Assembly (NCBI GenBank): GCA_963849325.1
Contig: CAWKHF010000010.1
Span: 494,917 to 558,916, forward strand
Origin: an uncultured Planctomycetota bacterium
Lineage (GTDB): Bacteria; Planctomycetota; Planctomycetia; Gemmatales; Gemmataceae
Direction of reading: 5' to 3'
Length of the DNA stretch: 64,000 nt
The notes beneath the pieces are model-generated. The model saw only the letters and a program-made list of their open reading frames with translations, searched no databases and was not told the DNA's origin. This document shows positions 53,760 to 63,320 of the stretch, one piece after another (the stretch's first letter is position 1; every line of letters begins with the position of its first letter). Position numbers and translations under genes: made by a program.

Positions 53760-56099
53760 ATGAGCAACGGGGCTATGAGTAACGGATCGCGCCGGCAAAT
53801 GGTTGTCTCGCCGCGATGGATGCAGGGCGTCGCCCTGACGTTCGTGTTCGCCTTCTCGATCATGGGCTACCTGACCGTGCGAGCCTACCAGGACCATGCT
53901 CCCATTCCGTCCAAGGTCGCCTCCGAGTCCGGACAGGTGATTTTCACCGATGAAGACATCCAGAATGGGCAGGAAACCTTTCTCACCTACGGTTTGATGC
54001 AATTCGGTTCCATTTACGGCCACGGTGCCTACCTGGGGCCCGACTTCACCGCCGACTACCTACACCGCGCCGCTCTGCGGATGATCGAGACTTACGGCGG
54101 CGACGCAGCGGCCAAGGAAAAAGTTAGCCAGGAGTGGCAAGAGAACCGCTACGACCCGGAGAGCGGAACGCTGACGTGGACCAAAGGGCAAGTCGAGGCT
54201 TTTGAATATTTGTCTTCGGCTTACGCGGAAGAGTTCCTCAATCGGCAGCGAAGCGGTGCCGGCCTAGGGCCGCACGCCATCCCCGACCCGGACGAGATCC
54301 GGAAAATTACCGCCTTTATCGCCTGGACGGCGTGGACCGCCGCCGCTCGCCGGCCCGGCCAAACCTATTCCTACACGAACAACTGGCCGCCCGAGCCCTT
54401 AGTGGACAACAAGCTGACGCAGGAAGCCGTCGTCTGGAGCAATATGTCCATTATCGCGCTCTTGGGCGGCATCGGCTTGGCGCTGACGTTCTACGGCCGG
54501 AACACCGCTCTGGGCTGGCACGGCATGGAGGAACGTCGCTTGCGATTCGTGCCGCCGGGGGAAGTGCCGCTCACTCCCGCCCAGCGCTCCACGGCCTGGT
54601 ATTTCTTCATCGTCGCCGCCCTCCTGCTGGCACAGACCCTTTTAGGAGGGGCCAACGCGCATTACCATGCCGATAATGGAAGTTTCTTCGGCATCGACCT
54701 CGCCATCGTCCTCCCCTACAACCTCGCACGCACCTGGCACATCCAATTGGCCATCTTCGTCGTGGCCGCTGGCTTCCTGGCAGGCGGAATCTTCCTCGCT
54801 CCGCTGGCGACGGGCCGGGAACCGCGCGGCCAGGGAATGCTGTCCTATTTGTTGCTGGCAGCCCTGGTGATCGTCGTGGTGGGCAGTCTGTTTGGCGAAG
54901 CCTTCAGTTATCACGGTTGGCTCAAAGGGGAACTGAGGCCCCAGATCGGTGCCCAAGGATGGGAATATCTCGAGTTGGGACGCGTCTGGCAAATCCTACT
55001 CGTAGTCGGCATGGTCTTATGGGTTGTCATCCTCTACCGCGGCCTTCGCAGCCACTTGGTCCGCGAGAGCCTGGGAAACATCCCCTACTTGTTTTTCTAC
55101 AGTGCCATTACCATCCCGCTGTTCTACGCCTTCGGCCTTCTGTGTCAGACGCGGGCCAACTTCGCCATCTCCGACTTTTGGCGCTTTTGGGTGGTCCACC
55201 TGTGGGTCGAGGACTTTCTCGAACTGTTCACGACTGTCATGGTGGCCTACGTCTTCCTCCTGCTCGGCGTCGTCTCGGAGAAGACGGCCACGCGCATCAT
55301 CTATTTCGACATCATCCTTTACTCGGTGGGCGGCGTGATCGGCACGATGCATCACGTCTACTTCAGCGGCTTACCGGCCGTACACATGGCCCTCGGTGCC
55401 TTCTTCTCGGCGGGGGAAGTCATCCCTCTGACGTTACTGACCGTGGAAGCCTGGAGCTTTCTCCAGCTTGGGGCGCGGCAGGAAGTCGTCGGCGGGCCGG
55501 GCCAGTTCCCGCACCGCTGGGCCGTCATGTTCCTGGTCTCGGTCGGTTTTTGGAACTTCCTGGGAGCGGGTATCTTCGGCTTCCTCGTCAACCTGCCGAT
55601 GGTGAGTTACTACGAGATCGGCACCCAATTGACCGCCAACCACGCGCACGGATCCTTCGCTGGAGTCTATTTGATGCTGTCGCTCAGTTTCCTCGTCTTC
55701 GCCCTGCGTTACCTGATCCGGCCGGAGGACTGGAGCGAAGGGATGGTGAAGTTCTCCTTTTGGTCGCTCAACCTGGGTTTGGCCTGGATGGTGTTCGTCA
55801 ATCTGTTTCCGCTCGGCATCTTGCAGCTGGCCGACTCCGTGACCAATGGCTACTGGCACGCCCGTTCCTTGACGTTCTTCCAGGGACACGCCTTCATCGA
55901 GTGGATGCGGCTGCCCGGCGACGTGCTGTTTATAGCGGGGGTGGTACCCCTGGTCTACCTTTGCGCCAAGGCGGTATTCAAGCCGCGTCCGATGCCTGAG
56001 CCAACCTCTTCCGGCGATTACCTGGACACGCCGTTGTTCCGAGAAGTGTTGCCTGGCTCGGATGAGAGTGCGACACAATCCGCGGGAGCGGCATCATGA
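53760..56099 (+). CDS. norB: Quinol-dependent nitric oxide reductase (qNor)
   Basis: GHGAYLGPDFTADYLH, YTNNWP, HLWVEDFLE, GTMHH, NHAH, WMRLPGD. Confidence 0.95.
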   Translation: MSNGAMSNGSRRQMVVSPRWMQGVALTFVFAFSIMGYLTVRAYQDHAPIPSKVASESGQVIFTDEDIQNGQETFLTYGLMQFGSIYGHGAYLGPDFTADYLHRAALRMIETYGGDAAAKEKVSQEWQENRYDPESGTLTWTKGQVEAFEYLSSAYAEEFLNRQRSGAGLGPHAIPDPDEIRKITAFIAWTAWTAAARRPGQTYSYTNNWPPEPLVDNKLTQEAVVWSNMSIIALLGGIGLALTFYGRNTALGWHGMEERRLRFVPPGEVPLTPAQRSTAWYFFIVAALLLAQTLLGGANAHYHADNGSFFGIDLAIVLPYNLARTWHIQLAIFVVAAGFLAGGIFLAPLATGREPRGQGMLSYLLLAALVIVVVGSLFGEAFSYHGWLKGELRPQIGAQGWEYLELGRVWQILLVVGMVLWVVILYRGLRSHLVRESLGNIPYLFFYSAITIPLFYAFGLLCQTRANFAISDFWRFWVVHLWVEDFLELFTTVMVAYVFLLLGVVSEKTATRIIYFDIILYSVGGVIGTMHHVYFSGLPAVHMALGAFFSAGEVIPLTLLTVEAWSFLQLGARQEVVGGPGQFPHRWAVMFLVSVGFWNFLGAGIFGFLVNLPMVSYYEIGTQLTANHAHGSFAGVYLMLSLSFLVFALRYLIRPEDWSEGMVKFSFWSLNLGLAWMVFVNLFPLGILQLADSVTNGYWHARSLTFFQGHAFIEWMRLPGDVLFIAGVVPLVYLCAKAVFKPRPMPEPTSSGDYLDTPLFREVLPGSDESATQSAGAAS

Positions 56100-56647
56100 A
56101 CGACCTCGACCCGTTTCTGAGGCTGCCGTCGAACCTGGAGATGTGGCTGATTCTGGGATACGCCGTGCTAATGTTCGCCGGTGCCCACTTGACGGAGGCT
56201 TTGGCTCGCGCTCACTTCGAGCGGGCACGAGGGTATACCGAGCGCGGCTTTCACTACGATGCCGACGCGGATCATTACCATTGTCCTGGAGGGGAGCGGC
56301 TGTCTCTGCACTTGATCGAGAGTGAGCAGAGGGTTGCCGTATACCGTGCGCCGGCGTCCAGCTGCGCGGCTTGTCCACACAAGGCCGCCTGCACGCCTCA
56401 CGACCAAGGCAGGCACATCTACCGTCCTCTGGCGCTCTGGGCGGAGACGGAAGTTGGCCGCTTCCATCACGGGTTGGCGGCGATCATGACCGCGAGTGGA
56501 GCGGTCATTTCTCTGGCCGGCATCATCCTGTGGCCGGGGCAGCCAGGGACCGGATTGTTGCTGATCGCTTTTCTCGCCGGCTTCACCTCTCTCGTCCGCG
56601 AGGGGCGCCGGCGGTGGAGTTCGTCCTTCGCGTCCGAGGCGGAGTAA
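56096..56647 (+). CDS. Membrane protein with transposase-type four-Cys Zn ribbon
   Basis: TM, FHYDADADHYHCPGG...YRAPASSCAACPHKAACT, two TMs; ATGA-coupled to norB. Confidence 0.8.
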   Translation: MNDLDPFLRLPSNLEMWLILGYAVLMFAGAHLTEALARAHFERARGYTERGFHYDADADHYHCPGGERLSLHLIESEQRVAVYRAPASSCAACPHKAACTPHDQGRHIYRPLALWAETEVGRFHHGLAAIMTASGAVISLAGIILWPGQPGTGLLLIAFLAGFTSLVREGRRRWSSSFASEAE

Positions 56648-56682
56648 ATTCCGCGCTCGGCGCCGAGCGCGGAACAGAAACT

Positions 56683-57183
56683 ATGTCCGAGGTGCGTATG
56701 AGTTTACCGGAATCGCCGCGACCGGAAGCCCGCGAACGGGTCGCTCGCGCCTTCACGGTGGTTGAGGGCATCGTCTACATTGGCCTCGGTTTGCTTCTCA
56801 CCGGCATCGCCTTCACTCTCCTCGTCACGAGTTTCATCAGCTTTGGACGAATCGTTGCTTCTGGGCCAGTGAAGTTCAGCTTTGTTGAGTTGCTCGATCA
56901 GATTCTACTCATTTTGCTCATTGTCGGGTTGCTCTACACCGTTCAGGTATCGCTCCGCGGCCGCGCACTCGCCCCCGAACCGTTCCTGATTGTTGGACTC
57001 ATTTCCGCCATTCGACGTGTGCTGGTGTTGACAGCCAAATTCGGTGATTGGGAAAAAACGGCGAACGAATCCCAGCACATCATCATTGAGCTTGCCGTGC
57101 TTACTGTACTCATTTTGATTTTGGCTGTTTCGCTCATGTTGCTGCGGAAGACCGACGTTCCTGCTGTTGGCAAACGCGGCTGA
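56683..57183 (+). CDS. PsiE-family membrane protein
   Basis: 4 TM; EPFLIVGLISAIRRVL. Confidence 0.85.
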   Translation: MSEVRMSLPESPRPEARERVARAFTVVEGIVYIGLGLLLTGIAFTLLVTSFISFGRIVASGPVKFSFVELLDQILLILLIVGLLYTVQVSLRGRALAPEPFLIVGLISAIRRVLVLTAKFGDWEKTANESQHIIIELAVLTVLILILAVSLMLLRKTDVPAVGKRG

Positions 57184-57224
57184 TGATGGCTGCTAATTGA
57201 CAGCTATTCGACCGGGCGAGGAGC

Positions 57225-58637
57225 CTAATGCTCCGGCGCGTGTTCATCGGAGGCTGGGGCGGCTGGTCGCAGCGGATCTTCCAAACCAAACTCGCGGATC
57301 TTGCGCAGCAAGGTGCGCGTGCTGATCCTCAAGAGTTCGGCGGCCCGCTGCCGGTTTCCCCCGGTCTGGAGCAGGCACTGCTGGATCGCCTCACGCTCCA
57401 ACTCGGCTAGGGTCATGCCAGGACGGAAACGAGGCATTGTCTCGCATACTTTACCGCCCCTGCTTTCCACGGGCAGATCGGCGGGTAGGAATTCGGGGAG
57501 CAAAACTTCCCCGTGAGCCTGCAAGAGAGCCTGTTTGAGGATGCTTTGCAGTTCTCGGATGTTGCCCGGCCAAGAATAACCGCGCAGCGCGCTCCAGTGT
57601 TTCGGGAGCGACCTCGCGGATCTCCCGCCCGAGTTCGCGGCTGAAGCGCCGTAGGTAAAGCTGCACCAACATCGGCAGATCGTCGCTCCGTTCGCGCAAG
57701 GAGGGCAGGTGAATCGTGAACACGGCCAGCCGGTAATACAGATCGGGGCGAAACTTCCCTTCTGCCGACCACACCTTCAAGTCGCGGTGGGTGGCGGCGA
57801 TTAGCCGCACATCGGTTCGGATGGTTTCGTTGCCTCCAAGGCGCTCGAATGTCTGCTCTTGCACGATGCGCAGGATCTTGGCTTGCAGGTGCAGCGGCAT
57901 ATCGCCGATCTCGTCGAGGAAGAGGGTGCCGCCATTGCACTGCTCGAATTTGCCGATGCGGCGACGGTTGGCCCCGGTGAAGGCGCCCTTCTCGTGGCCG
58001 AACATCTCGCTTTCGAGTAGCTGCTCCGGGATAGCCGCACAATTGAGGGCCAGGAATAGAGCCTTGGCGCGAGGGCCGTGCTGATAGATGGCGCGGGTGA
58101 TCAGTTCCTTGCCAGTACCGCTCTCGCCGGTGATAAGCACGGGGACGTTCTGATCGGCGACGCGGCCGATGGCCTTGTAGACTTCGCGCATGGCCGGGCA
58201 ACTGCCGATGATGGCATCGTGTTTGTCGGGGACTAGGTCGGTTTCGGAGAGTACGGCCTGCTGGTACATCCGCCGGCCCACCTCCAACGCCTCGCCGACC
58301 ACGCGCCGCAGTTGATGCACGTCGAGCGGCTTGAACAAATAATCGTAGGCGCCTTGACGCATCGCCTCGATGGTCTCATCCGCCGTTTTGACCACGGTGA
58401 CGAAGATGACGGGGATGCGCGTGTCGATCCGGCGGATCTCCTGATAAACCTCCGGGCCAGACTGGGCCGGCAGGCGCATGTCCAGAAGAATGACATCGGG
58501 CCGTTCCGCCCGGATGCGTTCGAGGCCTTCCGCGCCGGTGCGGGCCGCTTCTATTCGGTAGGAAGGGGCGGGGAACGCCAGCGCAGCTGCGTCAGGATCA
58601 GCGCCGGGTCATCGTCGATGAGCAACAGGTGAGGCAT
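57225..58637 (-). CDS. sigma54-dependent response regulator, NtrC type (frameshifts ~58580-58510, ~57590)
   Basis: MPHLLLIDDD receiver, GESGTGKE, GAFTGA, FLDEIG, Fis-type HTH. Confidence 0.93.
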
Positions 58638-58831
58638 GATCAGACCTTCCAGAGTCGATGAGCAGGCTGGCAGCCGCCGGCCATTCGCTTATCTCCCGCT
58701 AGTGCCGTATCATCCTACGCGGCTGCTATTCGGGAGTCACCTGAGTAAGATGTCCGGAGCGTCAGCGATTGCGGATGCAGGCGGCCGTCCGCATGGGAAA
58801 GCGTGGGAGTTGCCTGAGGAGGTTGCCGGCG

Positions 58832-60820
58832 ATGCAGTCTCAGCTTGAGGAAGCGCTGCGGATCAGCGAGGAACGGTTCCGCAGCACGTTCGAGAACGCG
58901 CCCGCCGGCATCGCTCACGTAGACGCCGAATGCCGCTTCCTGCTAGTTAACGAGAAGCTCTGCACCATCCTGGGCTATACTCGCGCGGAACTGCTCCAGA
59001 AAACCTTCCTGGACATTACGCACCCCGACGACCTGGCGGCCAGCAACGAGTCTTTCGCGGCGCTCCTGCGGGGCGATTGGGCCAGCTATGTGCTGGAGAA
59101 GCGCTACGTCCGCAAGGATGGCTCGCCCGTTTGGGCGGAGTTTTTCGCCTCCCTCCAGCGGGACGCAGCAGGCGCCCCCGCTTATGCCATCGCGGTGATC
59201 CGGGATCTCTCGGAACGCAAGCGGCTAGAGGGCGAGCTGCGACAGGCCAAGGATACGGCGGAGGCGGCCAACCGGGCCAAGGACGAGTTTCTGGCCAACG
59301 TCAGCCACGAGATCCGCACGCCCATGAACGCCATCCTCGGCATGACGGAACTGGTTCTCGACACGCCCCTGACCGAAGACCAGCGGCAATGCCTTCAGAC
59401 GGTCCAGTCGGCGGCCGACAATCTCCTCGGCATCATCAACGACCTGCTCGACTTCTCGAAGATCGAGGCGGGCAAGCTGGAGTTGGACCTGGCCGATTTT
59501 TCCCTGCGCTCGATGCTAGACGACGCCCTGCGGGCCTTGGCCGTGCGCGCCCACAGCAAAGGGCTGGAATTGGCTTGCCATGTGCAGCCGGACGTGCCCG
59601 ACGCCCTGGTCGGCGATGCGGGCCGGCTTCGCCAGGTGCTACTCAACTTGATCGGCAACGCCGTCAAGTTCACCGAGCAGGGCGAGGTGGTCGTGCGTGT
59701 GGAAGTCGTCGGTGCCCCCGCATCCGAGGACGAGGCCAGCCTGCACTTCGCGATCCGTGACACCGGTATCGGCATCCCAAAGGACAAGCAGGAGAGGATC
59801 TTCCGGGCCTTCGAGCAGGAGGACACCTCGACCACGCGAAAATACGGCGGCACCGGCTTGGGTTTGACGATCGCCGCCCGGCTGGTGGCGCTCATGGGCG
59901 GGCAGATCAGCGTGGAAAGCGAGCCGGGCCAAGGCAGCACCTTCGCCTTCGCGGCGCGATTCGGGCGGCAGCCGTATCCCTCGACCGGCGGCGATACTCA
60001 GCCGGTACGGGGACCGGCGGCAGCGCCGGTCCCAGCCGCGATGCCGTTGCGTATCCTTCTTGCGGAGGACAATGAATTCAACACGCGGCACTTAGAGCGG
60101 CTGCTGGCCCGGCAGGGTCATTGTGTACGGCTGGCGAATAACGGCCGGCAGGCGCTGGCCCTTGCGGAAGAAACCGCCTTCGACTTGCTGCTCTTGGACA
60201 TCCACATGCCGGAACTCGACGGCTTCCAGGTCGCGCGAGCGATCCGAGAACGCGAGCGGAGCGCGGGAGGACATTTGCGCGTCATTGCGTTGACGGTGCG
60301 CTCGCGGAAAGAAGACCGCGCGAAGTGTCTCGCGGCCGGCATGGACGATTTCCTCTCGAAGCCGATCCGGGCTGCGGAACTGTTCGCGGCCATCGACCGC
60401 GCGGTCTCCGCCCGGAGAGTTTCCCGACCAACCTCGACGGATACCGAGGACCGCATGGGTCTGCTCGACGCAGCCGTCTTGCTGGCTGCTTGCGGCGGCG
60501 ATGCGGAGGGGCTGCGCGAACTGTGTCAAGATTTCCACACCTACGCGCCCGACCGACTGGCCGAAGTGAGCGATGCTTTGCGAGACCAGGACGCGCCGCG
60601 TTTACGTGAAGCCGCTCACAAGCTCTATGGGCTACTCTCGGTGTTCTCCACGCAGGCCGGGAGCATAGCGTCGGACCTCGAAGATCATGCGGCTCAGGGC
60701 CAACTCGACGAGGCCCGGCCGCTCGTAGGGAAGCTGGAAACGCTGACTCAGGAACTGATCCGCCAGGTGGACGGTTTATCGCTCGAAGCTTTACGGAAAC
60801 AGACCTCGGGTCAGGGCTAA
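58832..60820 (+). CDS. PAS hybrid histidine kinase (PAS-HisKA-HATPase-REC-HPt)
   Basis: SHEIRTPM, NLIGNAVKF, DTGIG, GGTGLGL, LDIHMP, AHKLYG. Confidence 0.95.
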   Translation: MQSQLEEALRISEERFRSTFENAPAGIAHVDAECRFLLVNEKLCTILGYTRAELLQKTFLDITHPDDLAASNESFAALLRGDWASYVLEKRYVRKDGSPVWAEFFASLQRDAAGAPAYAIAVIRDLSERKRLEGELRQAKDTAEAANRAKDEFLANVSHEIRTPMNAILGMTELVLDTPLTEDQRQCLQTVQSAADNLLGIINDLLDFSKIEAGKLELDLADFSLRSMLDDALRALAVRAHSKGLELACHVQPDVPDALVGDAGRLRQVLLNLIGNAVKFTEQGEVVVRVEVVGAPASEDEASLHFAIRDTGIGIPKDKQERIFRAFEQEDTSTTRKYGGTGLGLTIAARLVALMGGQISVESEPGQGSTFAFAARFGRQPYPSTGGDTQPVRGPAAAPVPAAMPLRILLAEDNEFNTRHLERLLARQGHCVRLANNGRQALALAEETAFDLLLLDIHMPELDGFQVARAIRERERSAGGHLRVIALTVRSRKEDRAKCLAAGMDDFLSKPIRAAELFAAIDRAVSARRVSRPTSTDTEDRMGLLDAAVLLAACGGDAEGLRELCQDFHTYAPDRLAEVSDALRDQDAPRLREAAHKLYGLLSVFSTQAGSIASDLEDHAAQGQLDEARPLVGKLETLTQELIRQVDGLSLEALRKQTSGQG

Positions 60821-60843
60821 CGCTTTGACTTGGCGGCAAGGGG

Positions 60844-61062
60844 CCACGGTAAGTTGGTCGCGCCTACCGCATTCGCCGTCCGGGGATAAGTGGCCGCTTA
60901 CGACAAGTTATCCACGGTAACTTGGTCGCGGCGTCCACGGTAAGTTGGTCGCGCCTGCCACGGAGAACTGCGGGCCACGCCACGGTAACTTGGTCGCGCA
61001 AACCTATAGATAAGAACCTATATCTTACTTCCTGTAGTTGAGGGCCGCCGAATTGTGGACAA
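60844..61062. other. Iteron-type replication origin
   Basis: ccacggtaa(g/c)ttggtcgcg at 60844, 60912, 60935, 60980 (degenerate 60958); DnaA-box-like ttatccacg 60908 and tgtggacaa 61054; AT-rich 61000-61035. Confidence 0.85.
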
Positions 61063-61213
61063 TTCTCGGAAGCATACCGGCGAACGAATGCGGGCGAGAC
61101 TGTTCGGTGGCGAACGGGTTGCCAGCGCTGATCGAACGGCCGTTCCTTGGACATAGGAAAGGCATCCAGGGGGTGATTGCGGTCTGGCCGCTACACCCCT
61201 ACTCGGCAACCTC

Positions 61214-62168
61214 TTACGGTGCTGTAGGGGCTTCTAATGGGCAAACTGCCGAATGGACTCGCCGCGCAGCGCTGGGCCGGGATGCCACGGGCGGCGGACT
61301 GTGGATCAGTGTCAGCCCTTTGTCATCGGCAGCGATCCGGGCCACGGGATAGGCGGATACGACCTGGGGCAAGGCGTGAAGGAACCGGCGGCGGAAATCG
61401 CGGACGCGGGCGAACCCCTGACCGAATTGCTCGTGCAGCGTGGTCCAGGCGACGAACTGCGGTTTGCCGGACGGGACGCGGTGCAGCCGCTGGGCCAGCC
61501 AGACGTACATATCCAGGGCCATTGCCGAGGATGCCAGGGCCGCAACCGCACGGTGATCGAGTGGGACGGCGTGTCGGCCCAGACTCTGGAAGTATTCTTC
61601 GCTGAGGCGAACCGTGGACGGCCACAGCACCGCGCTGGTCGGGCTGCTTGGGGAACCACAGGTCGAAGGCGCTGACGAACTGCGTGTTGACCTGGACGGC
61701 TCGCCCCGCCTCGACCACGCCCATGCGCAGCGTCGCCGCCACCAGGCGGGCGAGCTGCTCCTTGAGGGATCGCAGCTGCTGGCCGTTCGTCTCCAGACCG
61801 AGCGACTTGGCGAAGGCGGTCATCGACTCCTCGACGTTGACTACCGGAGAGCCGGTACGGACGGCTTCCGTGGCGAGATGAATGAGAACCAGACGCGGTT
61901 TCTCGCCGTAGGGCAGTCCGAGCTTGCGGAATGTGCCGGTCCTGGGGTCGATAGCAGACCCGGCCTCGATGCGCAGTGCCGCGTTGCCCTGCTTGCGGTC
62001 CCATTCGCGCACGTCGTCGCCGGGATTGCGGTACGGGATGCCGCACTGACATTGGACGGTATGAAGGAAGTCGATGCGGTCGGGTGGATCAGTGCGAATG
62101 GCCGTCGAGGCGTCCAGAAGTCGTCGCTGCTGTCGGGTAAGTGTCAGCCTGGCGAAATCCTCGGCCAT
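61214..62168 (-). CDS. repA: Plasmid replication initiator (RepA_C-type; frameshift ~61630)
   Basis: FLHTVQCQCGIPY, GLPYGEKPRL, LWPSTVRLSEEYF, HAVPLD, ALDMYVWLAQRL. Confidence 0.88.
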
Positions 62169-62182
62169 GTTCGCCCGACTCG

Positions 62183-62521
62183 TCAGTTCAGGTAGCCGTT
62201 GGTCCGAAGCCACGGCTCCAGCGCCTCTTCCAGGATGTCCTGGAGCGTGTTCGGGGCTACGCCATCCAGTTGCCGCTGTAACGAGGCCCGTTTCAGGGCC
62301 GTAGCAAAATCGGAGCGGACGCGCGTGGTCAACGGCACGCGGCCGATGACGTTGCCCGTCGGCCCTTTCACGTTCACCGCCTCTGGGGTCGGTGTCGCTG
62401 CTTGGCTTGGCATGGGCTGCTCTGGTTTTGCTTTGCCGGCAAACACGAATTGCTCCTCGACCGTGCGGTCCATCTCGCCGCTGGTTTTCAATCCTTCCAT
62501 CAGTGATCGGCGATCCTTCAT
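62183..62521 (-). CDS. Small partition partner (ribbon-helix-helix-like)
   Basis: Lies between parA and repA; RVPLTTRVRSDFATALKRASL...QDILEEAL. Confidence 0.7.
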   Translation of the reverse strand: MKDRRSLMEGLKTSGEMDRTVEEQFVFAGKAKPEQPMPSQAATPTPEAVNVKGPTGNVIGRVPLTTRVRSDFATALKRASLQRQLDGVAPNTLQDILEEALEPWLRTNGYLN

Positions 62522-62540
62522 ACCCTCCTCCATCGACGCT

Positions 62541-63215
62541 TTACCCTCCAACCTCAGTTGCTTCTTGTGGCAACAGCGCGGATGCGCAGGCATCCGGCAA
62601 GACCTCGCGGAACAGGGCACGCACTTCGTCGGCCGCTTCGCGTGCGCGGGCGCCGAGTTGCCAGACAACCGCTCCCTGGCCGGGGGCGTCGGCATAAATC
62701 TGCCGTAAGGTCAGGGCGGTTGCGGCCAGCGACAACTCCAGGGCTGCCGCCGCGTCCTTCATGTCCTGCGTCAGCCGGTAGTGCTTGCCGACCATGCTGA
62801 GAACGATCTGCGCCTGGGGCCGGCCGCCGCGAATGTCTTGGGCTTGCCGCAGAACGTGGGTGGCCTGGGCCAATGCCCGCAGTTCCAACATGCTCGCCTT
62901 GCACGGTACGAGCGCGAGATCGCCTCGCAGCAGCAAGGCCCGGCTGGTCTCGGTGTTGCTGCCGGGTCCGTCGGCGATGACGTACTCCGTCTGCTGTGCG
63001 AGGATCGGCAGCCGGTCGAGGATGTCGTCGGGGTCGGCGAGGCGAACCGTCTTGAGGCCGGGCACAGCTTCTTTTGCCCATTCGGAAGAGGACTGCTGCG
63101 TGTCGCAGTCGGCGAGCGTGACCGTGTGCCCCTGCTCGTGGAGCCAGGCGGCCAGATGAACAGCGAGGGTCGATTTGCCGACACCTCCTTTGGAATTGGC
63201 GATCACGATAATCAT
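62541..63215 (-). CDS. parA: ParA-family partition ATPase (short, type Ib)
   Basis: KGGVGKST, DCDTQQS, IADGP. Confidence 0.92.
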   Translation of the reverse strand: MIIVIANSKGGVGKSTLAVHLAAWLHEQGHTVTLADCDTQQSSSEWAKEAVPGLKTVRLADPDDILDRLPILAQQTEYVIADGPGSNTETSRALLLRGDLALVPCKASMLELRALAQATHVLRQAQDIRGGRPQAQIVLSMVGKHYRLTQDMKDAAAALELSLAATALTLRQIYADAPGQGAVVWQLGARAREAADEVRALFREVLPDACASALLPQEATEVGG

Positions 63216-63320
63216 GGGCCGAACCTTACACCACTTGCCGGCTGGTTGGCAAGCATTATGTGTACCCGGCCCTCTGACCGGCGTGCAATCCGGCAGGCTA
63301 GTCAGCAGGAAAGCAAGCAT

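Noticed and set aside
53760-56099. NO dismutase (Nod) instead of qNor
   Set aside because: It keeps the canonical GTMHH and HAH ligands and the HLWVE..E glutamates
60844-61000. CRISPR array
   Set aside because: The repeats are nearly adjacent (22-23-bp period) without unique spacers, lie beside repA, and no cas genes are present
63230-63320. parS centromere repeats upstream of parA
   Set aside because: Only loose GCAAG/GCAG repeats; too degenerate to call
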